Source: Tubulanus polymorphus
Lineage: Eukaryota > Animalia > Nemertea
Reading direction: 5' to 3'
Assembly (NCBI RefSeq): GCF_964204645.1
Contig: NC_134026.1
Span: forward strand, 20,432,150 to 20,496,149
Length of the DNA stretch: 64,000 nt
Shown here: positions 42,342 through 54,034 of the stretch, one piece after another
How the letters are laid out: every line of letters begins with the position of its first letter
How positions within the stretch are numbered: the first letter of the stretch is position 1
Notes under the pieces: generated by a model
What the model was told of the DNA's origin: nothing
Seen by the model: only the letters and a program-made list of their open reading frames with translations
Database searches by the model: none
Translations under genes and position numbers: made by a program

Positions 42342-44017
42342 TTATTATGTAGACAGATCCTTCATTCAACACACCGTCACCCGCGTATTTATGAGCGGTG
42401 AAAATGGGGTGTACGTGAGCACTTTGCAGCGTGCAACGTTTATTTGCAGTGAATCCCAAGGTTTGACAAGTTGTTTGAAGACATCAACACACCCAAATGG
42501 TTGGCTTTCAACTGGAAAGCAAACGGCATAAACGTTCGCAAATATCTTAAGAATTATTTCCAATGATATATATCGTCTATAACCCCGCCGCTGCCGTGGG
42601 CTACATATCGAATAACACTTATAAACAATACGATAAGTGGCGGTATGTAGAAGATGCTCCCAAGAAGCTTCTAAAGATTACATTTTCTACCGCATAACGT
42701 CGAGCGCTGATGAAGAAACCTGTAGACGCTTTGACATTTTTACTGACGGCGTATAAGATCGAACATCTTGAATAAATATCCGGTATGATAAATGCCTCGA
42801 GCTGTTTCGAACTATTTCATTCCAGAAAAAAATGATGGATGGAGTGAGTTTTTCGTGTTCTTTGGTATATCAGCCTTTTCAAGCACATTGAGTATACGTT
42901 GGTTGTAGATAAAACTCTCTAGCTTTTCTTTAAAGAGACTCATGTGCGGTATGATATTGACAATGGACCACAAAATCAAATTCAAATCAAAACGTTATTC
43001 AGCATCAACATAAAAAAGACATCGTTTGCAACTGATACAGTTTCGATAAAATCAAGTATATACATCGAATTGAATGAGCTGTTGTTTTTCCAAATATCAT
43101 TTGGATTCATGACCGCTCAATTCTTGAGCTCATTGAAAATGCACACATTTTTATGAGCAAATATCTGTATGAGGAACAAATAGCTTCGATAGTTGGTAAG
43201 TATAGAATGGCTGATTGGAATTGACTACGAGAAAAGATAAAGTTGTCATTAGCATCACGACAGGAGTTGTATGATTGGAAATCAATATATCGAACATGAA
43301 AATTTCATATTGCTTGAATGGCAAAAAGCTTTTGATTATCAGTATCGTATGTCCGCATGTAATGTTACTCGTTACATATAGGACGGTTTTTAAATGTAGC
43401 AATCCACTTGTCGACCGATTGCCAATTACACGCATTGCTTGCACAAAGTACCGTATCCTTACAGAAGTGTCGCGAAGAACATGTCAAGTAAGCAAATATA
43501 CGTTCTCCTAATGCTGGCACATCGAGATGCCGACGCATAAAAAGCGTTATATCACGTATATACGGTCCAGTGGTGCTTCAAGTCGATCTCTCAACAAAGC
43601 AATCTACGAGCGTTTATATAAGCTGACTGCCCCCAATCACCAGAAATCACCGCCGATCGGATCGTATATCGTCGATACGATATGAACGCATCGTAAGCCC
43701 GTCTCTAATACGTATTATTTCGTGACTCGGCGCAGCTCGCCAAGCAGAAATATTTCCAACAGCTTGCGACGTTTCCCCGTCGCCCGTGTCGAACGGTTTA
43801 CACGCGCTCCGATGGCTATCAATCGTCGTCGATATTCGGAATGATGTCGCGCCTATCACGACGATGGCATTTACGATTGACAGGAAAGAACGACGGATTA
43901 CGTAGTTCTTTTATATAGACGGAGAAAATAATCCATATAATCCATAATTTGAATTAGTAATTTTTCATCGATTCTTTTAATACATATGCTTTGACAGATT
44001 AATGCCCCTTTGATACA

Positions 44018-44122
44018 AACAATAACAAATAACATATAACATATATAACATATAACATATATAACATATAACATATATAACAATAACATAACAATAACAT
44101 ATATAACAATAACATAAGATAA
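44018..44122. repeat. (ATAACAT)n-like microsatellite
   Basis: Direct reading. Confidence 0.85.
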
Positions 44123-47100
44123 CTATAGGTCTACAATGAGTGAACAATAAAAATGATATTCGTCTCCAAGAACAGCTATGTTACATTTAGGACACATCCT
44201 GTCTTCTCGCAGGGTCACAAACGTAACGTAATCATTATCCTTTATTCGTGATCTAGAATCCGTGATCTAGAAACTGATCTAGAATCAGGGGTGAATCCAG
44301 GTACCATTGTTGAGGGTAGCCCAACTTCAAAAACAAGGGCTTAATCCACTGCAATTGAGGGGGGTCTGGTGGAGATAAGTTTGAAAGATAACCGCTTTTC
44401 GGCGCAATTTCCAAGGAGAAATGCAAAGCGCTTTCGAAAACTGCATTGAGATATAGTTTTAGGCAATAAAGATGAAATCCCGAAGAATCATGTGCCATTT
44501 TGTTGAAGATTATCTGCCTCGTCTTGTAAAGATTTGCCATTTCCTTAATACGTTTGGGATCGATCGGGACGATTAAATGTAAAAATGACAAAACGCACGA
44601 CATTTTTGCGACGCTAGCACAGGCCTATGACTGTACCGCCTAAATTAGCGCCTGTGAATAATTTTAACTGACTAAACATCACACCGTGATGTAAACGTTT
44701 ATTAGATCGGGGACTGGGAGCGACAAACCACTTGTGGAAAAATGTAAGAGTAAACAAAAATTCAATCAATGGGTGTGTGGACACAGTGTTGCGAACACAC
44801 CAAATACATTAAAACATCAGACTACTACATAAGATTCAACGTTTGATTGCATTTGTGAACAATCAATTCCGGCCAAATATCTGACGTGCGATCTTTGCGG
44901 TGTTTGGAACGAATAGTTTCTATTTCTAGAGAACTATTTTTGTCACTCGTGGTTATTTTTGATTGACGTGTGTTATTATAGATATTTCATAAAGCAATCG
45001 CAATGCTATTTATTGTCGTATTATAGATAATGTCATATAGTCTGATTCTGCGTCACCTTGTCTTGTCTTATCTTGTCTTGTTCTCGAAATAGAGAGTCTA
45101 ATGACTGTAGATACTGGGTTCTCGGCCCGTTCCCGTGAATTCTGAATATTAAATGGGTGTCGCTTTAGCCATACAAGAGTTTCTCCAAAGTAAAACCGAT
45201 GACCCACACTTAAAATGCAACGCTCACTGGAGTTCGGAGAAAATCGACACATTTTTGCCCAAGCGTCAAATTTAACTGAAAAAAATTCGGAAAGCTTTAG
45301 CTAACACCTATTCTAGCCCGTGATGGAAACGATTTGATGCATATTGTTGTAACATACTAAGATATGAAATCAAACTTTATTTTCATCCAATGTACAGGTC
45401 ACCACGGAACCTTACAGTAGCTGGATAATTCCGAGTTTCCTTAAATTGTTGCAACTATATTTCCATATTGTATGTATCTTGCATTTCACTTCGCGGTATA
45501 TTGATTTGAAGTTGTTAGTTACTTTAGAGTAAAGGATTTTGATAAGAACTTCAGAATTCATCTACAGAAACTAAAGCCACAATTACAACTGGCCATTCAA
45601 GGCTCGGATGTTAATCAAGCAATCATACGTTGCGCTGAAAAAACCGCTTCACTTCACCCCATCTGCGCGCAGTAGCTACGTTAATTAACCGAAGGTGATA
45701 AGTTCTAGCTAGTGTGAAACTTTAGCTATCAACTCTTCTCGTTACGTTCATCTGTTGATGATCCGTAACATTCACTAATTCTCGCGTCCATAAACCGCGC
45801 GATCGCCGAATCGTACCAATCACGCGAACAACAATGAAACTTTGCGGGCGAGTCTACATATAACTGCACTCCGGTGGCTAATAATTCATAGGGAATGGTG
45901 ACTAGAATTGTCTTTATCATCTTTCTCTCGACATTTCTGAGTCCATTTTTCGCGTGACCGCGAGGTATATGGGATCGTTGTTTCTGTGTAGATATATATG
46001 CACCGACCACTATCCCCCCAGACGATGTCATATAATATGAATACCTTCACTGAGTAATAAAATAGTGATTGGCCATTATGGACGTTTTTTGACGGCGCTT
46101 TTATGTGAGAAAATGTTGACTTTGCGGGCGTCGAGAGAAAAAGCCGATGCAACATGAAAGTATAACGTATGAAAATACCGGCAGTGTAGATCACCTCATT
46201 CCGATGGAGTAACGTCCATCGTAAAAGGATATGATGCAGGCCAATCAATTCCGTATATAACCGTTATTGAGTTGTCTATTACAGATGGGATGAGTCTCCG
46301 GGGGACACTTTGAAGGCGGAACGTTGCCTCGCGCCGTCTGCGCAATAGACTCGTACTCTAAGGCCCCCCAAAACTAAATCACTCGACTACAGATGCTGCC
46401 ACGACGAAGCCGGAGAAATCCGTTGACGGCCGTCGACGCATCCGACGAGTGATAAACAAAGGATAAACTGCAATTTGCCTCTCGCGCACCTTGGAAAATA
46501 TCTGACGACGTTCATTAGACGGCGTCGAATGTTGTAATTTGTTTCTGCCGTGATCGACGAGAGTGTTTTTCTTCGGTCGTAAGAAAAGCACGCGACTCTT
46601 TTAAGGTGATTGTTTCGTTGGAATTCATCGACGCTTTATGGAGAAAATAATTCAAACGCGCGTCGTTCGATTTAACGCACAACGTTTAAATCACGTCACT
46701 AATAAAAATGCCAGTTGCAGAGAAATCCTATGGATGCCGATGTCTCGATGGTGTTTTTTATCGTTTTTACAAAAGGGACTCGGGATTCAACCCATTAGAG
46801 ATTGTGTGAAAGACAACGGCAGTTCGAGCATTTATTTGGAACCGAAGAACACGAAAATGAATAGAGCGATAGAATTCTTCATTTCCTTTTGGTGTTTAGG
46901 TTTTTACTTTTCATTCTGTCGTTCGGGACTTAAAAGTCTACCCCTGAGTGGTGGCTGATATGAAAATAACTTATGAAAAGCACTTAATTGATCCACGTAC
47001 AAGCAAAATACAAAACGAGGAATGCCAAGGAGATGCCGTATCCGGAACAAAACTATAGTGCTGACAAATGAAATGCGGTGAAATGCTGGTGAATCTTACA

Positions 47101-47557
47101 TGTAAAACGTCTAAAATAACACTTTTTTCATTTAAGCTTTACACGAAAGCTACTGTTTCATGCAAAATGCATCCATGCAAAATAAACATCATCGCTTAGC
47201 TCAGAATCTTCAGGTTCAATTGATACCGATATTACGCATTTTTCCTTTTTTATGCATCATTGGTATAAGCAATAGTGCTAAAGCGTAAATGAAAAAAGCT
47301 ATATTTCTTCATACAGTGTTCATTTACTTTATCTTCATTTTTCTCCGCAAAACCAGCCATCCCGTTAAATGGCGTGACGAGCAGTAGGTTGCTCGTTGTC
47401 AAATTAGTTCATTTTCAATAAACTTTGAACTGGATGTTTAGACTCCTGAATCCATACACGATCACAGGACTCACCAAATATGAAATACTTTCATTCTTAT
47501 AATCAGATAGCGATACAGTTTTCATGAAAATAATTGATTCATTTAAGAGAAAAGTTC

Positions 47558-47645
47558 ATTCAGATTATATCTAAATGTAGAAGGAAATTGAACGCGGGCA
47601 ACCAAATATCTACAAGCGAACCTGGCGGATCCTCACCTGCCATGA
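47558..47645 (+). repeat. Dispersed repeat family F, copy 1
   Basis: AAATGTAGAAGGAAATTGAA...CAAGCGA.CCTGGC..ATCCTC..TGCCA shared with 53019-53112. Confidence 0.7.
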
Positions 47646-50600
47646 GGGGAATCTTTGATTGCCACAGTAGCACTGCGGGTACCCAAATTTACGTTTACGA
47701 GTTTCATTTTGGATCGTGGAATTTATTGATATCGACGAATTTATTTGAGAATTTCACATGCGATTACCCGATCTTCGAATGCAATTTTGCACCGGGGTTG
47801 AATGATAGACTTGGTTGGTTCCACAGTGTTCTCGGATACGTTTAAGAGATGAAATTAGTTCATTTCCAATATTTCAACTCTTGACTCAAATTTGACTGAC
47901 AGAACTATGGAAATGGGGCCAGTTGAAAATAAGATTATACATTCTAAGAGCGAGCATTGGATCTCCGTTTGAAGATACGAACATAAGATAAAGTATAATA
48001 TCAAAGATTCATAAATATCGTTCAACGTACTAATGACGTCTCTAACTGTTTATTCAATATCAAGTTATTGTACCTCGCGTATTATGCTTTGCGATTTGTG
48101 AGGCGTAAGAATTATTAATGTCTAGAAGACTTAATTATCTGAAATAAATGGCTCAAAAAAGAAAAAAATGCTCAAAAAAAAGAAAAAGAAATAGTTCATT
48201 AAGCGATGGCGTATAGCTATACGCATGCTTTCCCCTACATAAACATTTTATTTTCAAAAGATGGATAGCGTTCGAAGCTGAATTGGCGTTTTTTGTGTGT
48301 TATTCGCTCCTGGATCGAAAACGTTTGGTTGGAAAAGTTATCATACGACCTCCGCCTACATTTTATTTCCGGTTTGTCGTCACTCCACACCACACATTGA
48401 CACTATTCAAACTCAAATCGGGCCCATATTTCAAAACTACCCTCGCTTGCCAGGGATTGAAAATGATTTAAACGCATGTCTTGTGAGAAGATAGACAAGT
48501 CAGATCGATATCCCCGTATGCAACAGCATACGTAGTAAAAATACCTACGCAAGTGAAGCACCTTAGATATTCTTTTTTTCTGGTGTTCTAATCGGCTTCT
48601 CTTTGCAGGTGCATTCCGCGGCATGGCGTGTATTAATGTGTAATGTGTACATATTGACGTCCGTCAGCTCGTTCTCGGACTATCGGGCCTTTATGCGGCG
48701 CTAATCCCGTCCATAAATCTTGCGGAGTACTTATAGACGTCTTACGTACACGTACGTATAGACGACGCGTTTATTTCGATCGTAAAGAGCGAATATAGGA
48801 AAGGGATGGACGGCCTCGGTCTAACAAGAATACCGCTGTGTTCGTCCGACGCGAAATACATGATTGGCATATATATCATTTCACGTGTTTATCTTCGGGC
48901 ACGTTCGCGGGATCGCCGATTCGCCGTGTTACATTTCTCTATATAAGTAAATGCGTATTTTGTGCGAAGTAGCTTTATACACCGATGAATATACCCTACA
49001 GGGTACAATTTATATAAGGCATTCGTGAAGAAATTGATCTAGATACTATTAAGTAGAAAAGAAGACGCTGTACGTTGATACCTGGATGCATACCCGCGAG
49101 TCCATAGCTGTAATTCCATAAATCGCATTTTATATTCGCAAACGTATGCGTATGAATTTGATGAATGTAGATATTACTCTTAGGGACATGTTCCTACGTA
49201 TTCATTCTTAAATATCTACCGTAAAAAAGTTTAACGGTAACGCTGAATCATTATATATACAACCTTGAAGCAACTGAACGACGACGACGGCTGATGGAAA
49301 CAATATGCCAACTTTCAAAATAGTCCCTGTGGGTTAATGTTCAAAAGTGCGTTTTCTTCTTCCGGAGCTAAAGCTTATCGTGGCAATTTTTTTTTCTAAA
49401 CTTCCGATGGAGATGCGTACAAAATACATATATTCCATCTTTTGACTGCTCTGCCCTAACGGGTCTAATGAACTATATTCAAGGATTTATCTGCTATTTA
49501 TCTATGTATTTACTTTTCCAGAATTGGCTACACCGTACAACTGTTAACACATGTTATCATCTCATCATACACCTCATCCCTTATTATAAGTTACCGCCAA
49601 AATAAAACGAAATTTCATTTTTCATTTTCATTTTTTTCTATGAGCTCTATGCTCCATGTATATTATATATAACGTGTATCTACCGATATGTAAGGCAAAG
49701 TTTCATGTAATAAATATGTTCATAGAAAAAACCCCTATATTCTTATTCTCTCGCACTTAGTTTTAATGAGGCGGAAATAATTAAGAATCACGATCTTATA
49801 TCGAGAGTTATTTCGTTAGGCGAGATAAATCTGGCTTGGCCGATCGCTGAGGCAAACTTTAGTACGCGCTTTAGACTGCCACTAACGAATATCGTTTAAA
49901 GACGTATTGCATTATTTTAGTTATCGCTATACCTATTCTCTTCGCTCTGTCCTCCTTCTAATACGCTTGATCGAATTCTGGCGACGCGATGCTCAACTCC
50001 AAATGTCGTCGTTTCTTGCGAAGAAAAATGAATTACGGTGTCGAGTATCGAATATCTCGGGCTGCCGCAGTCATCGGGAAAGATAAAGATATTCCATTCT
50101 CCGGTAGAAACCAGCCGCGGATATCGTATATCTCGTTTTCATCGCAAAAAGGTCGTATTAATCGAATCGCGGCAATCTCCTTGTCTATATAGCAGCCGGT
50201 ATTATTGGCGAGTTTTATCGATGGTACAGGGCGCCATCTATGCGCAACGACTGTGGACGATTATTCGTCCTAAGCCGCACTCTGTCGCATGTGGATGATC
50301 GAAATAAACTGAACATATAAGGAACACGACGAAAGTCGACTGACGATTAATAAATCCGTTTTATAATACATACGATTTTGTTTCATCCATTGCGCACTAA
50401 TGCGGAATCGTACGGATACGGAATAGCATTGGAGCAACATGGTTTTTTCATTCGAAATATCGACTTGTAGATAAACTCGAAACTTCGACTTATTGAACAT
50501 TTAGCATTTAGTAACTCGAAGTTTTGTCACGTTTTGGCATTGTTATTGCTTTCATTTCCAAGTTATGCGCAACATGTTACAACAAGCAATTTCTTTGCTG

Positions 50601-51536
50601 TGTTCTCAATAATGGAAATCCAATCAAATTTGTAGGGGCAGTATGTTCTCCTTTTTTCTTTTATTCTCTGTAACAATGACACCCGATCGTGAACATGTGG
50701 TCCGTATTGCGATGAACTACTGTAGTTCGTACTAAAATGGAGTTATACTTTTTAAACAATAAACCTCTTGTTAAAACCTCATAATCTATAATTTCACACT
50801 TTATTATTTTCATCCCTCTTCTTCGAATTGATTATCGTCACGCCAGATGAATAACAGAAATTTAGACGCCACAGCTTGTTGTCTACAGCGATTTCGTTTG
50901 TTGTTTGCTGACGCAAAGCTATATATGTCACGCAATCGAATGTGGATCATTTGGGAAATCAATATCAATTTCAGCCATGATTATTATGCAAAGTCAGTTT
51001 CGATCGAAACAGTTTCGAGTTTAGAAGTCGAAATAACGAATTTCAGAAAAAAATCAAATGGCCGAAATCTACCTTCCGTAGGATCGTAAGAAATTAACTC
51101 ATATATTGATTTTATTTTTTAGAGTTGACATTATTCGTGGATAAAAGCAACGCTGTCTTCCAATCTAGATAAATATATACCTCGAAATGATATTGCGTCT
51201 ATTTACCCAAATTCTGTTGCTATTTCACTTGAAATGTTGATGACAAATGATACTAACTATGACCAGTTTCACACGTAGTTTACTTATGTAAATGATTATA
51301 TATATTTTTATCGAACACCGTGTCTTCTATTCATCTCTGTTTTATCATCTGTTTTTGTACACAAACCTGCACAGGGTGTTTGCACAAGTATTGCCTGGTG
51401 TTATTTCATCGCGACATATGTCGTTGAAATTCTTAGAATCATTGTCGCTCGACACTCCGTCCTGTCGCGTGGAGTCGCCACGAGTGATTTGATTATCGTT
51501 ATTTGGTCTACGGGCGATTTCATCTTATCTCAAAAG

Positions 51537-52191
51537 GTAAGTGCGCCCACGCTGGGCAGGTCGCGCAAACCTTCGCATCATTGAACTCGTAGACAAAACA
51601 ATTTCGTTAAAAATTACAAAGTATCATATTCAATCACCTCTAGTTGAAGCGTGAATCCAGAGGTTAAAGATGTTCAAATACGTAAGACCACTGAGCACCA
51701 AATATCTCTATATCTGTTGTGTGGCCAGTTTATTGCATCGCTAGTTCATGCATATCTTCATCTTTTCCGAGCATAGCCATTCGCTCGAATTCTTTGTAAA
51801 TATTTTTTGTCGACTGTAAATGCTATGCTCACCGTCATATATCAGCCATATAGATATATATTACGTATCCCTGGCATAATTGATGAATAATGTATTTCGT
51901 TTCGCCTTTTTAATATGGTAATTTCGAACATTATGATTCGAAATAAATAGTAGTATATCGATTGTTCCCATTAACATGTTGTCATAGAGACTGTACGGTA
52001 AGGATATTATTGAATTCGACGATATCGTTATTACAGTCGGAGGCCAGCTGGTGAAACCAATCATGGAAATCTCATTGAATTCGTGCTATATTAATTTTCT
52101 ATTCACACCGTATAAAAAGGGAATCTACGTAGGGGATTTAATCGGAAGAAATCTAATCAAAACCATCCATATCGCTTTGTGTATTTTATAG
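51537..52191 (+). other. Putative 5'-UTR intron of the MS4A-like gene
   Basis: AAG|GTAAGT donor at 51537, CTAAT branch-like motif at ~52153, and TTTTATAG acceptor ending 52191, 11 nt before the ATG. Confidence 0.5.
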
Positions 52192-52202
52192 ATTCTTTCG
52201 CG

Positions 52203-52796
52203 ATGACGGACAGCAAAACCGAATCGCAAGAAGCCGGGCAACCGATTGAAACGGACCCGTTACGCCCGAAAATTCTAACGCCGTTTGCCACGCATTGCGG
52301 ACGAATCCAGATAGTCGGGGCCGTGCTGGAGTTCATAATCGCCATTCTACAAATCAGCTTCCACGCTTACCTCTTCTGGATCGGCATAGATTTCTTCAAT
52401 TCCGTTTTCGCAGCTTTCGCCGGGATTTTCGGGCTGCGATGTTCGACGAACAGATGCGACAAGCCGTCGTTGACTTGTCTGGTATTTTCGGTCATCGCGA
52501 CGTTCGTCGCCGTCATAACGCTGGCCATACACACGTTCGGACTGGCGATGGACGTGACGATTTACGACTGCAACGCGTACGAACTATCTGCTTATAAGAA
52601 CACGACGCAATGTTACGAAGCGCACCGAATTTCAAATATGGTCGGGTACGGGCCCGTGCTAGAAATCGGAAAGAAAGAACTGGAGGTTCGACTAGGGCTG
52701 CACGCGGCCAGCTTAGCAATTGCGTTTGCGTTGCTTATAGTCCACGCCTCGCAGTGGGCAATCCAGTGCCGCAGTTTTTGGAGAATAATCGACTAA
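52203..52796 (+). CDS. MS4A/CD20-like four-transmembrane protein, 197 aa
   Basis: ATG at 52203 to TAA at 52796. Four hydrophobic segments (GRIQIVGAVLEFIIAILQISF; FWIGIDFFNSVFAAFAGIFGL; LTCLVFSVIATFVAVITLAIH; LGLHAASLAIAFALLIVHA), with two Cys and an NTT sequon in the TM3-TM4 loop. Confidence 0.75.
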   Translation: MTDSKTESQEAGQPIETDPLRPKILTPFATHCGRIQIVGAVLEFIIAILQISFHAYLFWIGIDFFNSVFAAFAGIFGLRCSTNRCDKPSLTCLVFSVIATFVAVITLAIHTFGLAMDVTIYDCNAYELSAYKNTTQCYEAHRISNMVGYGPVLEIGKKELEVRLGLHAASLAIAFALLIVHASQWAIQCRSFWRIID

Positions 52797-53018
52797 TTTT
52801 AGACACAAGGCTTTCGCCCACGATATACAGTGTCATAGAACTTGAAATCTACAAATCGTTGATGTTGGGTTACCGGTACTCACCAGATGACGCAACACTG
52901 GGTTATTCGTATTGAAAATAAGTTCATTTTCAATGAAATTTCAACTTGATCTGCTTTTTCGCTCCGTGTGTATGGTTCAGACTTCGCTGACAATTGATTT
53001 ACTAATCAGAAAAAAAGA

Positions 53019-53112
53019 TTCAAATTTAACTGAAATGTAGAAGGAAATTGAAGCTCGGTAATAAACCCAGTGTCGCAAGCGATCCTGGCTGAATCCTCGC
53101 TTGCCACTGTAG
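53019..53112 (+). repeat. Dispersed repeat family F, copy 2
   Basis: Matches 47558-47645. Confidence 0.7.
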
Positions 53113-53287
53113 CGTTGCCTGTATCCCAGAAGTGGTTCTACCTCTCTGGAGTTCTCCCACCCTCTTCATTAAGGGTTAGCAGGTTCATCGAGGCCTCTGT
53201 GTATATCAAAATGACGTGTAATATGTTCGAAATGCAGAAGCAGAATTTTCGATGTTTTCGGTGAATGCGGGCGTGTATGTAATAGCG

Positions 53288-53458
53288 GTGTGCTGAGGTG
53301 TCACAATATTACAAGCATTTTGCTTCTTGGCGGCAGCTTCACTGGTAAAATAACCCTGTAACATATTAATATATGTATGTAATTATAGAAATGCGTGTTA
53401 TATTATGTAATAATTTGAATGTAAACAAAGATTATTATAAAAGTGATTATTATTATCA
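53288..53458 (+). mobile_element. LINE 3' tail relic
   Basis: Matches 28965-29122 (TACAAGCATTTTGCTTCT; AATGTAAA.AAAGATTATTAT). Confidence 0.55.
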
Positions 53459-53977
53459 TGCTATCAAAACCTCCCTTTTAGTTCACCAAAACCTTAACGT
53501 AGAACAACAGAAAAAAAGAAGTCGATTTATTGCGAGAAGCTGTTGTTTATTTCTATCGAGTAATGAATATATATAAAAGAACAAATATAACAAAAACTAA
53601 GTATAAATTCGTACAAAAAATGGACGGATTTGTCGAAAGAATGTATGGTATATACGAAACGGAAAAGTAAAAATTCACACAATATTTTCGAATCGTTTTG
53701 TCGATGAGAGATTGTTCTTATTTACAACACCAAAAATAACATCGGTTTTTATTTCATTTTTATTCCTTTTTACTGATTTTACTTCTTCGGTTGTCTCGTA
53801 TTGTAAAGCTACACTAAATGTTAAGTGAAGAAAACATCTGCGACCCATGTTATTGTTTATGTGTCGGGTCTGTCTAAAACGCGTGCGAATCGGTTGTACC
53901 ATATTTCGTGTCCGGTTTTCGTAGGCGGTTTTTCGTCGTCATTTACGGTGTATCTTCGCTTTCTCTAATGCGCATCA

Positions 53978-54034
53978 TTACTTGTCACCCTCCGGTTTGT
54001 CCACGTTGTAGAAATTGTTTGCGTAAGCGAATTT
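53978..54034 (-). CDS. Last coding exon
   Basis: TTTTTCTTCAG acceptor; KFAYANNFYNVDKPEGDK-stop; minus-strand AATAAA signals at ~53526-53551. Confidence 0.8.
   Translation of the reverse strand, partial: KFAYANNFYNVDKPEGDK

Noticed and set aside
42703-42730. CTGATGA..GAAAC hammerhead candidate (also CTGATGA at 665 and ~33268)
   Set aside because: No stem II or no properly placed GAAA; expected by chance.
44253-44603. 116-aa ORF with FLKLGYP resembling a Penelope RT C-terminal region
   Set aside because: The motif overlaps a CAGGGGTGAATCCAG-type MITE end, and no other RT motifs are present.
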